NCBI GenBank assembly: GCA_963707715.1 | Contig: CAVPRJ010000004.1 | Span: 3,219 to 67,218 of the forward strand | Source of the DNA: an uncultured delta proteobacterium | GTDB taxonomy: Bacteria > Desulfobacterota > Desulfobulbia > Desulfobulbales > Desulfocapsaceae | DNA: 64,000 bases | Direction: 5' to 3' | Part shown: piece by piece, positions 42,808-51,910 of the stretch | Numbering within the stretch: the stretch's first letter is position 1 | How the letters are laid out: the number at the start of each line of letters is the position of its first letter | Position numbers and translations under genes: made by a program | The notes under the pieces: model-generated | What the model was told of the DNA's origin: nothing | Seen by the model: the letters and a program-made list of their open reading frames with translations, nothing else | Database searches by the model: none

Positions 42808-44198
42808 TGGGTATGCACAAACGCACTGAGCTCGAGGGGCTGCTGGCGGCGATCACCAGGGGCGCGCACAAACAGATCTACCTCTGTTACGGTGAACGCT
42901 TCCTCTGCAGACAGGCCCTGCAGCAGATCGAACAGGCCTTTCTGGAAACGGGAACCGGCTCCGTGCATATTCTCGACGGCGCTGCCGAAGACGGGGCCAG
43001 GCTCCACTCCCGGCTGCTCAGTTTCAGCCTGCTGCCGGGATTCCAGCTCTTTCGCGTGGTCGATACCCCGCTCTTTCAATCTAAAAAAAATGGCGCTCAG
43101 ATCTGGGACAAGGCTCTGCTAGCGCACCAGGACGGCAACGCCCAGGCGGCCCGCCGGCACCTGCTGAACCTGCTCCAGCTCGGCTCTGTTGAGCCCATCG
43201 CTGAGCGAGCGTTCTCAGATATCTCAGCGGACCAGTGGCGCAGCCGCTTCGGTTTTGCCCACCCCGGTCTCGACCTGGGCTGGGCCGACAACCTGGTAAA
43301 TGGTGCCGCAGGGCTTGCAGCATCCTCCGATGATCCCCTCGACAAGCTGGTGGCGGCGTTTGAGCGCGGCTTTGTCAAAACCAATATTCTGCTGCTTTCG
43401 GCTGAGCATGCCGACAAGAGAAAAAAGATCTTCCAGACCCTGAAGAAACACGGCGAGATCGTTGACTGCTCCGTTGCTGAAGGGGCTTCCCGCGCAGCAC
43501 TCGGTCAGCAGAAAGAAGTGCTCGGCGAGATGGTTCGTAAAACGCTCAGAGCGCTGGACAAAGCCATCGAACCCAACGCTCTCGAGTTGCTCTTTGAGCG
43601 GGTCGGTTTTCATCCGGTCGGCGCGGTCATGGAAGCTGAAAAACTGGCGCTCTATGTTGACGGGAGGCCGCGGATCACCAAAGAAGATGTAGCTGCAATG
43701 GTCGGTCGAACCAGGGAAGATGCTATTTTCGAGCTGACCGAGGCACTGGATAATGGCAATCTCGCTCAGGCGATGATCGTGCTCGATCACCTGTTCAGCG
43801 ACGGAGTGCATAGTCTTGCGGTTATTGCCTCTCTGAGAAATCACCAGCGCCGTCTGCTGATTATAAGGGCCATCCAGGACCTCGAAACTCCGCCCTGGCG
43901 GCAGCGCATGTCCAGTAATGAATTCCAGAATGTCTATCTGCCCGCGCTGAAAGAGGCCGACGTCTGGCCGGACCTGCTCAAAGCCCATCCCTATGCATTA
44001 TACATGGGCTTCAGCAAGGCTGCGCAACACCCGATCTCCGCCCTGAAAAAAGCGCTGGACCTGCTGCTGGAGGCGGAATTCAAGCTCAAGGGCGGGGTGG
44101 TTCCAGCCCGCCTCGTGCTCGAAGAGCTGCTGGTCTCGCTGACGGCTCTGAAGCAGGCGCCGACGGGCTCGGGGCGAAACCTTGAGGTGAGCAATTGA
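42807..44198 (+). CDS. holA: DNA polymerase III delta subunit (long form)
   Basis: The N-terminal 'QIYLCYGERFL' and C-terminal 'LLFERVG...AVMEAEKLALYV...ITKEDVAAMVG...DAIFELTEALDNGNLAQAMIVLDHLF' follow the HolA pattern. At 463 aa it is longer than the ~340 aa of E. coli HolA. Confidence 0.7.
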   Translation: MGMHKRTELEGLLAAITRGAHKQIYLCYGERFLCRQALQQIEQAFLETGTGSVHILDGAAEDGARLHSRLLSFSLLPGFQLFRVVDTPLFQSKKNGAQIWDKALLAHQDGNAQAARRHLLNLLQLGSVEPIAERAFSDISADQWRSRFGFAHPGLDLGWADNLVNGAAGLAASSDDPLDKLVAAFERGFVKTNILLLSAEHADKRKKIFQTLKKHGEIVDCSVAEGASRAALGQQKEVLGEMVRKTLRALDKAIEPNALELLFERVGFHPVGAVMEAEKLALYVDGRPRITKEDVAAMVGRTREDAIFELTEALDNGNLAQAMIVLDHLFSDGVHSLAVIASLRNHQRRLLIIRAIQDLETPPWRQRMSSNEFQNVYLPALKEADVWPDLLKAHPYALYMGFSKAAQHPISALKKALDLLLEAEFKLKGGVVPARLVLEELLVSLTALKQAPTGSGRNLEVSN

Positions 44199-44282
44199 AA
44201 ACCACACAATAGGGATTATTATTACCCGAGAGCAAAGCAGCAGCTGACCATTATTTGATTTAATTTCAGACGAATTACTGAG

Positions 44283-44597
44283 ATGGGAGACAAAAAGGTA
44301 GATCTGCAAGGTTCGGTTTTAACCGAAGATATCGTCGAGACTAAAGAACCGCCGCGATACAAGGTCCTGCTTCACAACGACGACTACACCACGATGGAGT
44401 TCGTTGTCTCGATTCTGGAAAATATCTTTCAGAAAACCAGGCAGGACGCAACCAAGATCATGCTGAACGTCCATAACGACGGCGTCGGTATCGCTGGCGT
44501 ATACACCCGGGAGATCTGTGAAACGAAAATTGCAATCGTCCACGAGCTCGCCAAAAAGAATCAATATCCGTTGCGCTGCAGTATGGAAAAAGAATAG
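44283..44597 (+). CDS. clpS: ATP-dependent Clp protease adaptor ClpS
   Basis: 'PPRYKVLLHNDDYTTMEFVVSILENIF...ATKIMLNVHNDGVGIAGVYTREICETK' is the ClpS pattern. Confidence 0.95.
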   Translation: MGDKKVDLQGSVLTEDIVETKEPPRYKVLLHNDDYTTMEFVVSILENIFQKTRQDATKIMLNVHNDGVGIAGVYTREICETKIAIVHELAKKNQYPLRCSMEKE

Positions 44598-44618
44598 TAC
44601 CAACACCACGTGAGCATT

Positions 44619-46892
44619 ATGTTGAGTAAAACACTGGAAGCATCGCTGATCAAGGCAATCAAGGAAGCCAAAAGCCACAACCATGAATTTGTCACGGTTG
44701 AACATATGCTTTACGGCCTTCTTCATGATGAACTTGACCACCTATATCATTCGGTGAGTGCGGGGGCTCGGTAGAGTCCCTGAAGGACCGGCTCGAGTCG
44801 TTCCTGTCCCGCGAGATCCCGACCATCTCCGTTGCCGGCGGAACCGACCCGACCCAGACCATCGCCTTCAACCGGGTGCTGCAGCGGGCTGTTGCCCATG
44901 TGCAGAGCTGCGGCAAGAAAGAGGTCGACTCGGGTGATGTACTGGTGGCCATCTTCTCCGAGACCGAATCTCATGCGGTCTATTTCCTCAGCTCCATTGG
45001 TGTCGGCCGTATGGCGGTCGTCGACCTGGTCTCCCATGAGCTGCCCGAAGGACTGCAGCAGGAGCCGCTGCCGCATCCGCCGTCTGATGCGGGCAGCGTC
45101 CGAGAAACAAAAGAGGACAAGGAAGACAAGGCGCTGAGCGAATACACGGTCAATTACGCCCGGCTCGCCGAAGAGGGCAAGATCGACCCGCTCATCGGCC
45201 GCAATGAGGAAATCAACCGGATGATGCAGGTGCTCTGCCGCCGTAAAAAGAACAACCCGCTGCTGGTCGGTGAACCCGGGGTCGGCAAAACCGCAATGGC
45301 CGAAGGACTGGCCCTGCGCATTCACGAGGACAAACTGGCCCGGGAAGCAGGGGAAAAGCGCGTGGTCCCTGAGCTGCTGCAGGATGTGGAGATCTACCAG
45401 CTCGACATGGGCACCCTGGTTGCCGGCACTAAGTATCGCGGCGACTTCGAGAAAAGGATCAAAAGCGTGGTATCGGCAATCGAGAAGAAGGACAATGCGA
45501 TCCTGTTCATCGACGAAATGCACACCATCGTCGGTGCCGGAGCCACCAGCGGCGGCTCGATGGACGCCTCCAACCTGCTCAAGCCGGCTCTGCAGTCAGG
45601 TATTTTACGCTGTATCGGCTCCACCACTTACGAGGAATACAAAAATCAGATCGAGAAAGATCGGGCCCTGTCCAGGCGATTCCAGAAAATCGATATCGAA
45701 GAACCGTCCGTGCGCCGATACCTGCCGCATCCTCAGAGGGCTGCAGCCCCGCTACGAAGAGCATCACCAGATCCGCTATTCCAAGGCGGCGATTCGAGCC
45801 ATGGCAGAGTTGTCCGACCGTTACATCAACGAACGTTTCCTGCCGGACAAGGCCATCGATGTGATGGATGAAGTGGGCTCACTGTTCAGGCTTGAAGGGC
45901 GGCACCACACGGTGGTCAAAATCAATGACGTCGAGAGGGTCGTTTCAGCCATTGCCAGGATACCGGCCCGTACCAGAAAAGGTTCCGATATCGATTCGCT
46001 TAAGGGGCTGGAAATCGCGATGAAATCAGTGATCTTCGGCCAGGATGAGGCGCTCAGAACCATTGTCCAGGCGGTAAAACGGTCGCGGGCTGGTCTGGGC
46101 AATCCCGATTCCCCGACGGGCAGTTTTCTGTTTGCCGGCCCCACCGGGGTGGGCAAAACCGAGGTGGCCAGGCAACTCTCCGCCGCGCTGGGGGTGCACT
46201 TTGAGCGCTTCGACATGAGCGAATACATGGAGAAACATGCGGTTGCCCGGCTGATCGGTGCGCCTCCGGGCTATGTCGGTTTCGATCAGGGCGGCCTGCT
46301 GACCGAGGCGATACGCAAACACCCTTACAGTGTTCTGCTGCTGGACGAGATCGAAAAGGCCCATATGGACATCTACTCGATTCTGCTGCAGGTCATGGAT
46401 CACTCGACCCTGACCGACAACAGCGGCAGAAAGGCTGATTTCAGAAATGTGATCATCATCATGACCACCAATGCCGGAGCCCGGGAACTGGCCGCCAACA
46501 CCATCGGCTTCGTAGGCGACAAAAAGGGCAAGAGCAACAAGGCGGTGGAAAAATTGTTCTCCCCCGAGTTTCGCAACCGGCTCGACTCCATTGTCACCTT
46601 CGATCCACTTGACAGTGATTCGATGAAACGGGTGGTCGACAAACTGATCACCGAGCTCGAAGGGCAGTTGTCTGAGAAGAAAGTAAAAATCGAACTTAGT
46701 GAGGCGGCCCGAATCTGGCTGGCCGAAGAAGGCTATGATCCCGATTTCGGCGCCCGCCCGCTGCGGCGACTGATCATGAAAGAGATCGGCGACGTGCTCT
46801 CCGAAGAAATCCTGTTCGGACACCTGGCGCGGGGCGGGGTCGCCAAAATCGGCCTGCGCGACGACAAGCTCACCTTCAGTTATCCATCCTGA
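44619..46892 (+). pseudogene. clpA: ATP-dependent Clp protease ATP-binding subunit ClpA, at least 2 frameshifts
   Basis: 'MLSKTLEASLIKAIKEAKSHNHEFVTVEHMLYGLL' stops at about 44770. Reading continues in another frame as '[17 protein letters not shown]...[15 protein letters not shown]...[14 protein letters not shown]...[13 protein letters not shown]'. It shifts again near 45715 to '[23 protein letters not shown]...FLFAGPTGVGKTEVARQL...LLLDEIEKAH...GARPLRRLI'. Confidence 0.9.
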
Positions 46893-46907
46893 TCGGAAAA
46901 AATCAGC

Positions 46908-46945
46908 ATAAGCGGCCCCGAAATCACTACTTCAGGGCCGCTTAT
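46908..46945 (+). terminator. Hairpin (11-bp stem) between the convergent clpA and radical-SAM genes
   Basis: ATAAGCGGCCC (46908-46918) pairs with GGGCCGCTTAT (46935-46945), followed by CATTTTG. The 3' arm overlaps the stop of the minus-strand gene. Confidence 0.45.
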
Positions 46946-48494
46946 CATTTTGCATCAAGCTGAAACCAGGGGTAAAAAACGGGGCGTGACTGGAACCGAA
47001 CACCCCCGGATTTTTTCTCTGTATTGGCCTGATCAGCGATTCTTTTCTAAAGTGCTTCTGCAAAAAGGTGCGCACTGCCTTGCGGCCCCACCCCAGCGGG
47101 TGGCTGAAATCGCAGTACAGCGACAGATCACCTCCGTCGAATCGCTTCCTCTGTTCAGCCGCGTCAGCACTGCAGAGCGGCATATTGAAAATGGCCAGGT
47201 TGAAAAAACTGATCTCATGGTGATGCTTTTGCACGAAATCAAGCGTCTTCAGCGCCTCGGTTTCGCTTTCTTCCGGCGTGCCAAAGAGCAGATAGACGTA
47301 AGTCGCAATCGATGCCCTCCGCAGATTGGCAAGTATCCGGGCCACCCGGCCCAGCTCGATCCCCTTGTTCAACCTGTCAAGCACCTGTTGTGAGCCTGAC
47401 TCCAACCCAAGTTTGAGCATCGTGCAGCCGGAGTGCTTCAGGGCCAGGCAGAAATCCGCATCTTCGAGCTCTCTCTCGAAGCGCGCAAAACCATACCATG
47501 CAGTCGGCAACGGCCTGTCAATCAGAGCCCGCATCAGCAGCGGGCTGACCGCATTGTCCAGCAGATGGACCAGTTTCGCGTCGTAGCGGGCAGTCAAGGT
47601 TTGCAGCTCGTCAACCGCCTGGATCTCCACCTTTTTCAGATAAGGCAGATCCTCGGCATAATCAGGGCAGAACCGGCATTTTTTCCAATAGCAGCCACTA
47701 CTTGCCGCATAGGGCAGAATCCTCCCCGGAGCCAGATAGCGCCCCCACTGGAAATCGTCATAGTCGAAGCTGCCCAGCGGACTCTGGGCCGTATGGCCCA
47801 GCACCCTGAGCAGTTCGGTCTCGCCGGCGCCGCCGATACAATGATCGATCAGTTCGCTAAACGGCTCGTTCCAGAACGGACCCTGCATCCACGAGGTAAT
47901 CAAGCCGCCCCCGGCGATGGTGCGCACCTCTGGGTAGTGCTGCCTGAGAAAACCAAGCATCGCGAAACCGGCCAGGGCCTGACTCAGATAGGAAAAAGAA
48001 ATTCCTATATAATCAGGCTGCTCCTGCTCAAGCAGCGCCTCCAGTCGAAAGCGAAAGAACGGATAAAAGTGATGGTCCTGGAAAGCGCGGCTGCACTCCA
48101 GCAGATCCGCGCTCGACAGGGGAGAGAAGCGAGGGTCATTGAAATCAGCGAAACTGAGGTCGCTGCCTGAGATGTGCCCGGCACCATCGAGGATGCGGCT
48201 GAGGTCGCTGACCGCTCTTTGATATCTGGCCGCAGAGCGGTACAGCGCGGGTGTGCGGAGCTGGGCAAGGTGCGTTGCGCGATGTTTCAGCGCACGGCTC
48301 GTCCAGGTATTATCGGCAGCGAGCCCGGACTCGAGTTGATCGAGCATGGCCTCAAGATTAAGATCCACCGCCAGGCATCTGAGGCCGTGACTGCGCAGGC
48401 TGCCGGCCAGCCGGGCGATTCCAGCGGGAGGTTCACAGATTTTCGCGACCGGAGGGTGGATCAGCACTAGTGAAGGTCGGCGATGTTTTTCCAA
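46932..48494 (-). CDS. B12-binding-domain-type (class B-like) radical SAM protein with non-canonical CX4CX2C spacing
   Basis: The N-terminal 'LVLIHPPVAKICEPPAGIARLAGSLRSHGLRCLAVDLN' resembles the B12-like domain of class B rSAM enzymes. The cluster motif is 'SSGCYWKKCRFCPDY'. Confidence 0.7.
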   Translation of the reverse strand: MEKHRRPSLVLIHPPVAKICEPPAGIARLAGSLRSHGLRCLAVDLNLEAMLDQLESGLAADNTWTSRALKHRATHLAQLRTPALYRSAARYQRAVSDLSRILDGAGHISGSDLSFADFNDPRFSPLSSADLLECSRAFQDHHFYPFFRFRLEALLEQEQPDYIGISFSYLSQALAGFAMLGFLRQHYPEVRTIAGGGLITSWMQGPFWNEPFSELIDHCIGGAGETELLRVLGHTAQSPLGSFDYDDFQWGRYLAPGRILPYAASSGCYWKKCRFCPDYAEDLPYLKKVEIQAVDELQTLTARYDAKLVHLLDNAVSPLLMRALIDRPLPTAWYGFARFERELEDADFCLALKHSGCTMLKLGLESGSQQVLDRLNKGIELGRVARILANLRRASIATYVYLLFGTPEESETEALKTLDFVQKHHHEISFFNLAIFNMPLCSADAAEQRKRFDGGDLSLYCDFSHPLGWGRKAVRTFLQKHFRKESLIRPIQRKNPGVFGSSHAPFFTPGFSLMQNDKRP

Positions 48495-48689
48495 GGATAG
48501 ATTTCAGCTATGAAATTTTCAGCACAATACCGGTTGGGGAGCAGACTGCCCCGTCGATCAGAGCACGGCTGGGGAGCTTACCAGCAAGCGGACGGTTATT
48601 CAAGGACATAACCTATTTAGGGCTTTGCAAGCGCTGCCGGGTATTGTAAGAATATCGGCAGGGCCCGAAATCAGCCAAGGAGGATGCCA

Positions 48690-49031
48690 ATGAGCGATTG
48701 TCTGTTTTGCAAAATTGTTGCCGGAGATATTCCCGCTGACTTCATGTACGAGGATGACGATGTCGTCGCCTTCCGGGATATATCACCCCAGGCGCCGACC
48801 CATTTTCTGGTTATTCCCAAAAAACACCTGACTGATCTTTCGGCGGTAAGCGAAGACCACGAAAGACTGATCGGTAAAATAGTCCGCATTGGGGCCGAAC
48901 TGGCAGCCCAAGAAGGCCTTGACGGCGGCTACCGGGCGACTTTTAACAACGGACCGGACGGCTGCCAGATCGTTTTACATGTTCACATGCATATTCTTGG
49001 CGGCAGACAGTTGAGAGGCCCTCTGGGTTGA
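48690..49031 (+). CDS. HIT-family (HinT-like) nucleotide hydrolase
   Basis: 'CLFCKIVAGDIPA' and the HIT motif 'HVHMHILGG' are present. AAGGAGG lies upstream of the ATG at 48690. Confidence 0.9.
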   Translation: MSDCLFCKIVAGDIPADFMYEDDDVVAFRDISPQAPTHFLVIPKKHLTDLSAVSEDHERLIGKIVRIGAELAAQEGLDGGYRATFNNGPDGCQIVLHVHMHILGGRQLRGPLG

Positions 49032-49101
49032 TGTTGTCCAACGCATTGTAAAGACGATAAGCCCAAACGGGCCCCACCGCGAGGACGTTGTCTTCAGCTG
49101 C

Positions 49102-50349
49102 ATGAACGTGCCGGAAAAACTACTGCCTTATCTCGACTCATTCCCATACAGCCAGCTCCTGCCGCTGCTCTGGGCCGGTATCGGGGCCTTGGTCAGTTTT
49201 TTGATCATGGCCTGGATTCTGTCCAGATGGAAGAAAAAATATGCAGAACTGGTTATCCGTCACACCGCTGTTCAGGAGCGCAGCACGCTGCAGCAGCAGT
49301 ATCAGGATGAGAAAATTTCTCTATTGGAGCAGGCAGAAGGCCGGATGCGGCACGAGTTCAAGAACCTCGCCCAGGAGATTTTCGAGGAGAAGACCAGAGT
49401 TTTCAGCCGCCAGAACAGCGAGAAGATCGATTTTCTGCTCAAACCCTACCAGCAGCAACTCCACTCCTTTCGAGAGCGGCTGGAGACTATTTTTCTGGAG
49501 GAAACCAGAGACCACTCTTCGCTGAAGCAGGAGCTGCTGCACCTGAAAAAACTGAACAACCAGATAACCGCGGAGGCGGCCCACCTGGCTCGGGCCATCT
49601 CAGGGGACAACAAACTTCAGGGAACCTGGGGCGAACTCGTGCTCGAGCGGCTCCTCGAGCAGTCCGGCCTGCGCTGCGGCTGCGAATACGACACCCAGGC
49701 CGGGCTGCGCGACCATGATAATCGGCTGTTCAAACCCGACGTGATTATCCATCTGCCGGACAACAAGGATATCGTCATCGATTCAAAGGTATCCCTGTCC
49801 GCCTGGTCCCGCTACGTTGGTGCGGACTCTGAGGATGCGCGCAGCCAGGCCCTGGCCGAGCATTTGAAATCAATACGCAGCCATTTGAAATCGTTGAGTA
49901 AAAAAGATTACAGCTCACTTAAGGGTTTGCGCACGCTGGATTTCGTCTTGATGTTTATCCCGATTGAAGGAGCCTTTGCTGCGGCGGTGCAGCAGGAAGA
50001 ACGGCTGATTTCCGAGATGTATCAGCAGAAAGTGATTATCGTGACTCCGACCACGCTGCTGGCCACCCTGCGCATGGTCGAGTATTTCTGGCAGCATGAG
50101 CGCCAGAGCCGCAATGCGGTTGAGATTGCCGAACGGGCCGGTTCGTTGTACGATAAGCTGAAAGGGTTTATGACCGACATGGAAAAACTCGGTGTGCAGC
50201 TCGACCATTGCACAGACACCTACGATAAAGCGATTAACAAACTCAGCCGGGGGCGGGGAAACCTGCTTTCCCAGGCCGGTAAATTCCCGGAGCTGGGTGT
50301 TAGGGTAAAAGAGGAAATGGCAGCCGGCTCAATCGAACGCGTGGTTTGA
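49102..50349 (+). CDS. rmuC: DNA recombination protein RmuC
   Basis: It has an N-terminal TM segment, a coiled coil, 'GTWGELVLERLLEQSGL', 'KPDVIIHLPDNKDIVIDSKVSL' and 'DFVLMFIPIEGAF'. Confidence 0.9.
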   Translation: MNVPEKLLPYLDSFPYSQLLPLLWAGIGALVSFLIMAWILSRWKKKYAELVIRHTAVQERSTLQQQYQDEKISLLEQAEGRMRHEFKNLAQEIFEEKTRVFSRQNSEKIDFLLKPYQQQLHSFRERLETIFLEETRDHSSLKQELLHLKKLNNQITAEAAHLARAISGDNKLQGTWGELVLERLLEQSGLRCGCEYDTQAGLRDHDNRLFKPDVIIHLPDNKDIVIDSKVSLSAWSRYVGADSEDARSQALAEHLKSIRSHLKSLSKKDYSSLKGLRTLDFVLMFIPIEGAFAAAVQQEERLISEMYQQKVIIVTPTTLLATLRMVEYFWQHERQSRNAVEIAERAGSLYDKLKGFMTDMEKLGVQLDHCTDTYDKAINKLSRGRGNLLSQAGKFPELGVRVKEEMAAGSIERVV

Positions 50350-50401
50350 TGTAACGATCTTCGAACACGATCCAATTAAAATCTTACCTGACAGATATCA
50401 T

Positions 50402-51892
50402 ATGCGAAAGCTGACACCAATTTTGTACCTGGCCGCTCTGCTGGCCTTCTGGGTCCCCGCCCTTGTCTCCGGCGCTGCCGAGACTGGAGCAGAGCCTGAT
50501 GATGAAGCCACGGACCTTAAAATAATCAACACCCCCTTTACCGGCGATTACGACCAGATGGTCGAGAACCGGATAATCCGGGTGCTCATGCCCTATTCCA
50601 GAACCTTTTTCTTCTTTGACGGCGCCCAGCCCAAAGGAGCAAGCTACGAATTGATCCAGCAGTTCGAAGCCTACCTTAACGAAAAACTGAAAACCAGGTA
50701 CCTCAAGGTTCACGCGCTGGTAATACCAACCCAGCGCGAGCAATTGCTGTCGGATCTGGTCGAAGGAAAAGGCGACTTAGCCGTCGGCAACCTGACAATC
50801 ACCGAAAAACGCCTGGAAGATGTCGCCTTTTCGAACCCGATCGCTGCGGGAATTGATGAGATCCTGGTCTCGGGAACCGATAAAAAGACCCTCAACTCGA
50901 TCTTTGACCTGTCGGGTAAAAAGGTTCATGTTAGAAAATCAAGCAGTTACTACGAGAGTCTGCTGCGGCTTAACGAAACCCTGTCCTCGCTTAAAAAAAA
51001 GCCGGTCATCATCGCCGAAGCCAATGACAATCTGGAAGATGAAGACCTGCTGGAAATGGTCAACGCCGGGATAATCGATTATATCGTCATCGACAGTCAT
51101 AAAGGGGCGCTCTGGGCCCAGGTCTTCGATAAGATAAAACTACATCCGGATATCAAACTGCGCACCGAAGGAAAGATCGCCTGGGCAATGCGCAAAAAAA
51201 GCCCCCAGCTGGCTAAGGTAGTGAACGAGTTTATCCGTGATCATAAGCAGGGAACCCTGCTGGGCAATATCATCTTGAACAAGTATCTCAAAGATGCCTC
51301 CTATATCACAAATTCCGTATACAAGGACGATCTGCAACGTTTCAAACTGACCATCAAATTCTTTGAAAAATATGGTCAGCAATATCAATTCGACCATCTG
51401 ATGCTGGCCGCGCTGGCCTACCAGGAATCACGGCTGGATCAGAACCTGAAAAGCCCCGCCGGTGCAATCGGCGTGATGCAGATCCTGCCGTCTACAGCCA
51501 AGGACAAAAACGTCGGCATCCCCGATATCCACGAACTGGACAAAAACGTCCATGCAGGCACCAAATATCTGCGCTTCATGGTGGATAATTATTTCGGCAA
51601 AGACCCCAACATCGACGAACTGAACAAGACGCTGTTTGCTTTTGCCTCCTATAACGCGGGCCCGGCCAAGGTCGCCAGTCTGCGCAAGGAAGCCGAGCAG
51701 ATGGGACTCGATCCCAACCGGTGGTTCAGAAATGTCGAGGTGGTGGCCGCCAAGCGCATCGGCCGGGAGACCGTACAATACGTTAGTAATATCTTTAAAT
51801 ATTATGTTTCATATACATTGCTCGAAGATAAAATTCTGGCCGAAGCGGAGGGCCCGGCGCATTTAAGCGGGTCATCCAAAAAAAAGAAATAA
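50402..51892 (+). CDS. mltF: MltF-like lytic transglycosylase (SBP_bac_3 domain plus SLT domain)
   Basis: It has a signal peptide, an SBP-like N-half and the SLT catalytic region 'LAALAYQESRLDQNLKSPAGAIGVMQILPSTA...ASYNAGP'. Confidence 0.8.
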   Translation: MRKLTPILYLAALLAFWVPALVSGAAETGAEPDDEATDLKIINTPFTGDYDQMVENRIIRVLMPYSRTFFFFDGAQPKGASYELIQQFEAYLNEKLKTRYLKVHALVIPTQREQLLSDLVEGKGDLAVGNLTITEKRLEDVAFSNPIAAGIDEILVSGTDKKTLNSIFDLSGKKVHVRKSSSYYESLLRLNETLSSLKKKPVIIAEANDNLEDEDLLEMVNAGIIDYIVIDSHKGALWAQVFDKIKLHPDIKLRTEGKIAWAMRKKSPQLAKVVNEFIRDHKQGTLLGNIILNKYLKDASYITNSVYKDDLQRFKLTIKFFEKYGQQYQFDHLMLAALAYQESRLDQNLKSPAGAIGVMQILPSTAKDKNVGIPDIHELDKNVHAGTKYLRFMVDNYFGKDPNIDELNKTLFAFASYNAGPAKVASLRKEAEQMGLDPNRWFRNVEVVAAKRIGRETVQYVSNIFKYYVSYTLLEDKILAEAEGPAHLSGSSKKKK

Positions 51893-51910
51893 TGAACTGG
51901 AGGGAGAACG

